34,739 nt of DNA from Stramenopiles sp. TOSAG23-3 (taxonomy: Eukaryota), in contig LT642202.1 of assembly GCA_900128585.1 (NCBI GenBank), forward strand, positions 1-34,739, read 5' to 3'. The notes below the pieces were generated by a model. The model ran no database searches. It saw nothing but the letters and a program-made list of their open reading frames with translations, and was not told the DNA's origin. Position 1 is the stretch's first letter, and every line of letters starts with the position of its first letter. Shown here piece by piece: positions 28,263 to 34,739 of the stretch. A program made the position numbers and the translations under genes.

Positions 28263-29678
28263 ATGGGTAGGACGAAGCGGCACTTGTCAAAAAACAAAGA
28301 TGCCAACCGCGACATTGATGCATTTCTGAGCGGGGTGACGTTCGCCAACATCGAGCGCAAATCATCACATGGAAAATTGTGTGGGGTGCGACGGGATTAC
28401 ATGCGCTTGCTAATTGTCGTGATATTCTTTTTGTGCACGTATTCCTTGTCTACAATTATGAACACGCCCTTTAAGAACACAGACAGCGCACTACTTAAAA
28501 GCAAGTATTCAAAGCACAACATCAAGCGCTTGTCGAAAAAAGTTCGCGATTTGAAACGCAAAATCAGGGTCTTGAAACGGCAGATTGCGCCAGAAAATTC
28601 CGTCCAATCAGATTCGAACGTTAAAGCATTGCAAGAGATGATCCAAGACGTGCGGAAGGAAAAGAAACGGCTCGGTGGAGATGGGAAGCGCAAGGAACGA
28701 AGCGCCGATAAGGAAGCGGAACATATCCTGAGCCACAAGGTGGAGATCCCGAAACAACCCGAAAATCACATGCGCCCTGTCTCTCCCGAGACAGCTCCAC
28801 CGGACCCTGAACCCTCCCCGGTGAAAGCGGGGCCGGAAAAGAACTTGGCGCTTGCGGCGCTGGACTTTGGGGAGCCCGGAAAACCGGGGCCGGATGGGGT
28901 AAAGGTCAAACTAGGTGGCCAAGGCGGAAAGCTTCGGTCGTTTAACACGGCATGCTTTACCTCGGACAAGTACAGGTTTACGTTGGTGCACGTCCATAAA
29001 AATGGCGGCTCTGCCCTTGCGGACAACATTCGGAGAATCATTTGCTCCCATCACAATTTGGACATAGACTTAAAGCTTAGTGGGCATTACAAGACGTGTT
29101 CCCTAAACCTCTGGAGAACCGGCTGCCAAAATTTGGGGAAAAAGGATTACTTCGATTTTACATTTTCCCGAAACCCTTGGAGTCGCTACGTTTCCATGTG
29201 GAGTTACACGTTGAAGCGGAAACAGCTGAAAACGAAAGATCTTGAAAAGAGAAAGGCGTTGAGCGAATCGTACTGTAAATTTAAAGAGTTCGTTCGAAAT
29301 CCAAAAAAGTGCCCAGCGTTTCATGCGGAAAACCAGTGGAAGTCCATGTTTACCTTGGCCAAAGAGCCGCTTTTGAACTTCATCGGGCGCTTAGAGTATT
29401 TCGAGCGCGACTTTAACGCAGTGCTACAGCGCATTAGCAACGAGCTGTATGCGACGTACAAAAAGCTTGGCTTTGAAATGGCAAACGACAGCGCGCACAA
29501 GCATTACACAAAGTATTACACGGACCCAGAGATGATTCAGATCGTTCGGACAAGGTACGCCATCGACTGCCAGTTGCTCGGGTACAAATTTGAAGTTGGG
29601 GGGAATTTGGGAAACTTTAAACCGGATACCTACCATGACGGAAAACCTGCGGGGGAACTAAATTATGGGCACGTCTGA
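28263..29678 (+). CDS. Type II membrane (Golgi-type) carbohydrate sulfotransferase, Sulfotransfer_2 family
   Basis: TM segment LLIVVIFFLCTYSLSTIM, a coiled/Pro-rich stem, 5'-PAPS loop VHVHKNGGSA, 3'-PAPS motif FTFSRNPWSRYVSMWSY, then FIGRLEYFERDF and YAIDCQLLGY. Confidence 0.9.
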   Translation: MGRTKRHLSKNKDANRDIDAFLSGVTFANIERKSSHGKLCGVRRDYMRLLIVVIFFLCTYSLSTIMNTPFKNTDSALLKSKYSKHNIKRLSKKVRDLKRKIRVLKRQIAPENSVQSDSNVKALQEMIQDVRKEKKRLGGDGKRKERSADKEAEHILSHKVEIPKQPENHMRPVSPETAPPDPEPSPVKAGPEKNLALAALDFGEPGKPGPDGVKVKLGGQGGKLRSFNTACFTSDKYRFTLVHVHKNGGSALADNIRRIICSHHNLDIDLKLSGHYKTCSLNLWRTGCQNLGKKDYFDFTFSRNPWSRYVSMWSYTLKRKQLKTKDLEKRKALSESYCKFKEFVRNPKKCPAFHAENQWKSMFTLAKEPLLNFIGRLEYFERDFNAVLQRISNELYATYKKLGFEMANDSAHKHYTKYYTDPEMIQIVRTRYAIDCQLLGYKFEVGGNLGNFKPDTYHDGKPAGELNYGHV

Positions 29679-29809
29679 ATCTTGTGGGAGAAGGCTGGGG
29701 GCTTATGGGACATTTCTCGAAAGCCAAAGCAAAACAAAATAAAATTATAAAAACTTAAAAACAAATTTATTTTTTGTCTCTTCTTTATTTATTTTTAGCT
29801 TATTACGAT

Positions 29810-32800
29810 TTACGACATTGCATCGGACTTTCTGGCGTGGTTTCCAATTGGGGTTGTCCGCAGCAAATCTCTTTGCAAAGTGGACATCGTGAGAGAGTCG
29901 TTCGGGCTGACAATATCTGAATGCCTCAATTTTGCGAGCGGTGACGATACTCCATCTAACGATTTAGACCCTGAAAACGAACGAAAGCGCCTACTGTCCA
30001 ACAATAGCCTCGCGCTGGCGGAACGGTCCAGGCCGGTTGATTGGGGGCTCATTAAGATCGACTTCACATGGGGGCTCATTAGCGAAGAACTGCGTGAGAG
30101 GAACTCGTGGAAGTCCTCCTTGACGCCGTCCAGCTGGTGCAGCAACGATGAGTTTGCGTGCTTCAATGTCTCTGCTGAACTGCTCAGGTAATTAATTTCA
30201 TTGTTTTTTTGCGTGCTTTCTTCACGCGCCAACGATGCCTCTTGCTGGGCGGCTCCCAGCTGTCCCTGCATTAGTATCATCCGGCTTTGCATCTCTTTGA
30301 TCGCGCTCTGGGCGTGCGCAGACCCACTCTGAAGAGTTTCAATCTTTGTCAGTGCGGCTTGGGCAACGCTTTCCGCGTCTTTTATGGATGCATCTGCGTT
30401 GGATTTGCTCAACGCCAGCTCGCTCTGAACTCTCTCGAGCTGCGATTGAAGTGAACTGCACTCCATTTTCGAAGTCTCTAACTTTGCCAAGGCCTCGTTT
30501 GCACCGGTTTTAAATTTTCGAACCGTGCTATCCATCGCAAGCTCATGCTCGCTGACGATTTCTTTCAGCTCTTGCTCTTTTGTCTTTACCCTGGCCCTTA
30601 AATCCGTGTTAATTTTCTTTTGTCGGTCGGCCTCTTTGAGTGCCCGCTCTTTCTCCTCCTTCTCTACGCCCAAACGTCTGTGAAGCAGCGCCGCCTGCTC
30701 GCCTCGCTCTCGTTCTTTCCACAGATTGTTCTTCAAATCGTTTATTTCTACGTTCTTCTCCCCCAACTCCCGCTCCGCAGATACCAGTCGCCCCTGAAGG
30801 TCCTTGAGGGACATAACGTTCGCCTCGGCGGACTCTAGTCGTCGCCTCAAGTCTTGCATCTCCAGTTTCGCCGTCGTCATCTCACTCCTCACCTGACTTT
30901 CTCTGTTTTGCGCACTTTCTATTTCCGCCATCAGCCTCCGTTGCGACTCCTCTGCCTGCTTGCGCAAGCTTTCGTACCGCTCGATTGCCTGAGACTTGCT
31001 TACTTCGTCGGCTGCTGCCTTTGCCGCCAAGCGCTCGTTTGCGCCGGCTTTCTCTTTCATTTGCCTCCCCGCTTTCTCCAACTGCGCAATCACCCTCATT
31101 TTCAATTGAGAATGGTTGTGCACTTGCTCCTCCAACTTGGTGCGCATTTGCTGAATCTTTAAGTCTTTCTCTTTTAACTCGCTTGTTAGCTTTTCCAGGG
31201 ACCGCTCCCACGACTCTTTCGCGGCATCGTGGAATATTTTGCTTTCCTTTAAATCTTGCTTGCAGCGATTCAGTTCGTTGGACAAATTTTCTTTCGTGTG
31301 CTTGAGGTTTTCTTCCAGACGAAGGACCGCTGCGTTGTTTTCTACCCCCTTCTCGGAGCTCTGGTGCTTCAATTCTACTATTGCACTCTTCAGGGCGGTC
31401 TTTTCGCTTTCTAACGCCTCGATCTGCTTTCGCAGCGAGGCGCAGACTATCTCTGTCTCCCGCCGGTCGTTGTTTCTCTCCATGGCCGCCTGCTGTAATT
31501 TCTCTTTTGACTCCACGAGTGTGCTGGTGTTGTTCTGCAGGCTCAGCTCAAGGCGTGTGGATATCTCTTTCTCTCGTGCAAGCTCTATGTTTGCGGCGTC
31601 CAGCAGCCCCTTGTTCTCGTGATACTTGATCTTAAACTCGTCTTTCTCCTGTCGCAAGGTATCCGCATCGTCCCGCAGTCGCTGGGTGGTGTTTTCAAAC
31701 TTTATTTGCAGGTGGTTGTGCTCACTATTTACACTCGCTAAATTTTCCTGCGCCTTCTTCAAGTCCTTGGTCAGGGCCGTGACCGTCTCCCGGTGGCGCT
31801 CGATCGTGCGCTGGTAATGCTCGATCTTACTCTTGTTTTCCAAGGCATAGCTCTCATGCTTGTCCAGCATGTGCTTCACCTCGCTGCTCTTTAACGAGAG
31901 GCCATTCTCGAGCTCGTAATGCTGTGTCTCGAGGCGTTGTTTCAACTCGCCCCATTTCTTTTCGGCGGACAAAAAGTTCCGCTTGTTCCTATCCAATGTT
32001 TGCTGCAAGTTTTGAAGGGAGGATGTGGAGGCGCTCTTCAAATCTTTGAACGCTTGCTTCATCGCTTTCGTTTCCTTTTCGCGGTTTTCGATCTCTTCCT
32101 TGAGGACCAGCACTTCGCTCTCCAGGGACATTTTGGACTGCTCAAGCTCTTCTCGGACTATCTCGTGCTGCCGAATCTCGCTCCTTAGCCTGTGTTGGTC
32201 CTTCTTCCACGATTCGGAGTGCCGCCTCAGGTCGCCCATGCTGACTTGCGACATTGTCGCCCCGTCCTGGGCATCCTTCAAATTTCGCTTCAGCATTTCG
32301 ATTTGGGACTCGTACATTTTCACGTTCCCCTCGTAGTGTCCCCGCTCCGTGGCCCAGACCACTTTGGCGTTCGTGTACTCCTGCTGCACAACGTCTATCT
32401 TCCGCGTGGTTTCCTTTAACTGCTCTTCCAAGTGCCGGTTGCTGGCCATTAACCTTCCTCTCTCCTCTTCCCCCACCTCTTTTTCGCGCTTGAGCTGGTT
32501 TGCGAGCCCTTTGGCTTCGCTCATTGCTTCGTACCGCTCGCTCTGCATGGCCACCATCTTTTGGTGCTGCTGGTTGAACCGTTCCCTGTACTTCTCGTCG
32601 TTCGCAAAAAACTGGCGTTCAAGATCCTCTTTTGATTTGACCATTTCCCCTTGCCTGGCCTGAACCTCCTCTTCCAACTTGGCGTACCTTTCGTTCGCCG
32701 ATTCTCGCATTGCATTCGCTTGCGAGAGCTCCTTTTCTAACTCTGCTATGGTCGCGCCCCGGTTCGCCAGTGCGTCTTCCAACGCCGCCACGTCCCTTTC

Positions 32801-34285
32801 GACTTGCGCGCGCTCCCGCCCCCAATCGTGCTGCGCCATTTCAAAGGCGCGCTCAACTTTTTCCTGCGCCGTGCGCTGCGCGTCTTGCAGCCGGAGGCTC
32901 TCGCGCTCCGCGGTCTGGCTTTTGTCGCGAAGCGCTACCTGAGCGTTCCCCAATTCCGTCCGCTTAGTCTCTAGATCACGTTTGCACGCTTCCATCGTGT
33001 CGTTCAGTCTTGTGTTTTTCTCTGCAAGCTGGGCGTTCGTTGCCTGGAGCGCAAGGGTCTCTCGCCGGCAGTCCTTCAGGGTTTCCTGGACAGTGGCGAA
33101 CCGCTCGTTTTCCTTCTTCAGCGCGTTCATTTGCATCACCAGTTGCTGCTGGGCAAAGTCAAGCTTAAAATTCTCATGCTTTAACGCTTCCATCCCGGCC
33201 ACCTTCGCTTTAAGCGTTTCCTTGTCCCGAACGTCTTCTTCCAAGAGTCTAACCTTTGCCTTCAATTCAAGCTGTTCGGACTTCCACGACATCTTCTCGT
33301 CCCGGTGCTTGGCAAGGGCCTCTTCCGTTGCCTGCAACCGGTCCGTTAACTTGGCCATTTCGCCCAACCGTCCCTCTTGCAGGGCGTGCTTTACGTTTAA
33401 ATCGGCAAGTTTGGCTTCTGCCTTGGAACACTCGGCCTCTGCCTCTCCCAACCGCTTCACTTCTTTCCGAAGGCGCTCGTTCTCTTGCACGGTGCCGCTC
33501 AGCTGCGAAACCTTTGCTAATGTTTCCTTCAACTTGTCCTGCACGCCCTGGTGCTTCCTTGCAAGGTCGTCGTTCGACCGCTTGAACTGCTCCAACTGGT
33601 TCTCTAGCTCCTGCCGAACCCTTCCTAACTCCACGTTTTCCTTTGTCTTCCTCTCGGCATCCCCCTGCTTTGTCCGCAGTTCCCCCCGCAACGACCCAAC
33701 GGCCTGCACGGATTCCTTAAAGTCCGACTCGGCCCGCTCCACCCGCCGCTGGAGAGCGCGACACTCTTGCGTGGACGATTGCAATTTCAAGTCTACTTCG
33801 GCTTCGTGCTGCAGCTGCTTTGTCCTCTCGGCGCTCCACGCGCTTCGTTCTTCTTCTAACTTTGATGACATCTCCTTCAGTTCGACCACGTACTTTTGCT
33901 GACTCTCCAGCTTGTCGTTCTGCGCCGTGGCTTTGACTTGCTCAATGGCCTGGTTGGTGCCTTCAAGGGCCTGCTTCGCGGTCGCCAGGGCTTTGTCGAG
34001 GTCTTCGGCTTCCTGCCGCAGCCCCTGGATTTCCGAATCCGCCTTTGTCTTGTCTTCTGTTAGGTGCACAATGATGGATTCGCGCTCAATCAGCCGGTTC
34101 CTTAACGTGTGTATCTGCTGCATGAGCTCTTCCACTTGAGCACTGGACGAGCCCACGCCTTGGGGTAACGGTTCGTCCCCGTCCTCCCGGCCGACGTTGA
34201 CGCCACCACGACGACGACCAAGGTAACGATCGTTCTCCATACTATTTCCAACAGTGGTGCCTGTTCGGGTCCAAGTCTCGTCCAT
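29810..34285 (-). CDS. Very long coiled-coil protein (1491 aa), family not recognised
   Basis: Uninterrupted ORF that is E/K/Q/L/R-rich and nearly Pro-free over ~1350 aa, with a Ser/Pro-rich disordered C-tail. No motor or ATPase head seen. Confidence 0.85.
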   Translation of the reverse strand: MDETWTRTGTTVGNSMENDRYLGRRRGGVNVGREDGDEPLPQGVGSSSAQVEELMQQIHTLRNRLIERESIIVHLTEDKTKADSEIQGLRQEAEDLDKALATAKQALEGTNQAIEQVKATAQNDKLESQQKYVVELKEMSSKLEEERSAWSAERTKQLQHEAEVDLKLQSSTQECRALQRRVERAESDFKESVQAVGSLRGELRTKQGDAERKTKENVELGRVRQELENQLEQFKRSNDDLARKHQGVQDKLKETLAKVSQLSGTVQENERLRKEVKRLGEAEAECSKAEAKLADLNVKHALQEGRLGEMAKLTDRLQATEEALAKHRDEKMSWKSEQLELKAKVRLLEEDVRDKETLKAKVAGMEALKHENFKLDFAQQQLVMQMNALKKENERFATVQETLKDCRRETLALQATNAQLAEKNTRLNDTMEACKRDLETKRTELGNAQVALRDKSQTAERESLRLQDAQRTAQEKVERAFEMAQHDWGRERAQVERDVAALEDALANRGATIAELEKELSQANAMRESANERYAKLEEEVQARQGEMVKSKEDLERQFFANDEKYRERFNQQHQKMVAMQSERYEAMSEAKGLANQLKREKEVGEEERGRLMASNRHLEEQLKETTRKIDVVQQEYTNAKVVWATERGHYEGNVKMYESQIEMLKRNLKDAQDGATMSQVSMGDLRRHSESWKKDQHRLRSEIRQHEIVREELEQSKMSLESEVLVLKEEIENREKETKAMKQAFKDLKSASTSSLQNLQQTLDRNKRNFLSAEKKWGELKQRLETQHYELENGLSLKSSEVKHMLDKHESYALENKSKIEHYQRTIERHRETVTALTKDLKKAQENLASVNSEHNHLQIKFENTTQRLRDDADTLRQEKDEFKIKYHENKGLLDAANIELAREKEISTRLELSLQNNTSTLVESKEKLQQAAMERNNDRRETEIVCASLRKQIEALESEKTALKSAIVELKHQSSEKGVENNAAVLRLEENLKHTKENLSNELNRCKQDLKESKIFHDAAKESWERSLEKLTSELKEKDLKIQQMRTKLEEQVHNHSQLKMRVIAQLEKAGRQMKEKAGANERLAAKAAADEVSKSQAIERYESLRKQAEESQRRLMAEIESAQNRESQVRSEMTTAKLEMQDLRRRLESAEANVMSLKDLQGRLVSAERELGEKNVEINDLKNNLWKERERGEQAALLHRRLGVEKEEKERALKEADRQKKINTDLRARVKTKEQELKEIVSEHELAMDSTVRKFKTGANEALAKLETSKMECSSLQSQLERVQSELALSKSNADASIKDAESVAQAALTKIETLQSGSAHAQSAIKEMQSRMILMQGQLGAAQQEASLAREESTQKNNEINYLSSSAETLKHANSSLLHQLDGVKEDFHEFLSRSSSLMSPHVKSILMSPQSTGLDRSASARLLLDSRRFRSFSGSKSLDGVSSPLAKLRHSDIVSPNDSLTMSTLQRDLLRTTPIGNHARKSDAMS

Positions 34286-34667
34286 GGGAATATTATTCGT
34301 TGCCCGGTCGGTCTAACATAATTTTTATCCCAACTGCGTGCGCATTAGTTAACCTATCGACGAGTGTTTTATGTTCCACGTTTCTTTCTATTATTTTATG
34401 TTTTATATACAAATATCATCATATATTATAATATTTTATGATGATGGGCTAATTATTCGCGAAGAAAAAAAAAGACACTCTTCTGGCACCAGCCTCACTC
34501 TCTACTATTTACCTGTATATTTTATTATATAAGTAATAGGCTTCCCATTAATTACCTGTTAATTTTACTTCAAATAATCAGGGTTCCATTTGTTGATTTC
34601 ATTTTCATTTAATCGATGTTGTGTCAATGTATAGAAGAAGAAGGAGAGAAAAAAAACGGCAAATGAG

Positions 34668-34669
34668 CA

Positions 34670-34737
<68 letters not shown>

Positions 34738-34739
34738 AA
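34668..34739. repeat. Perfect (AAAG)n array running off the window end
   Basis: Seen directly. Confidence 0.95.

Noticed and set aside
34668-34739. Terminal (AAAG)n as a possible telomere
   Set aside because: The same repeat occurs internally at 20969-21239 and it is not a G-rich telomeric unit.

Overview
Eukaryotic nuclear DNA, most likely a flagellated stramenopile-type protist (inferred from gene content, not proven). It holds 13 apparently intronless, relatively GC-rich genes separated by very AT-rich spacers full of (GAA)n/(GAAA)n/(TTC)n microsatellites, plus one 114-N assembly gap. In order: Cdt1; an unknown basic S/T-P-rich protein; a type II membrane FkbM methyltransferase; a 1474-aa Cys-rich/multi-TM/LRR receptor-like protein; a MATCAP (DUF1704) zinc carboxypeptidase; two tandem COG0523 (CobW/ZNG1-family) metal-chaperone GTPases; an SCLT1-like centriolar coiled-coil protein; GDP-L-fucose synthase; an acylated degenerate EF-hand protein; a bHLH-PAS transcription factor; a Golgi-type sulfotransferase; and a 1491-aa coiled-coil protein. 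The most notable items are the COG0523 pair (one with a ~45-His insertion built from 33-bp repeats, the other fused to degenerate alpha/beta-hydrolase-like and Nudix-like domains) next to a zinc metallopeptidase, the Frizzled-like CRD + multi-TM + LRR protein, the single-PAS bHLH-PAS factor, and a ~41-bp non-coding element found twice about 25 kb apart. All family calls come from motif recognition by eye; no searches were run.
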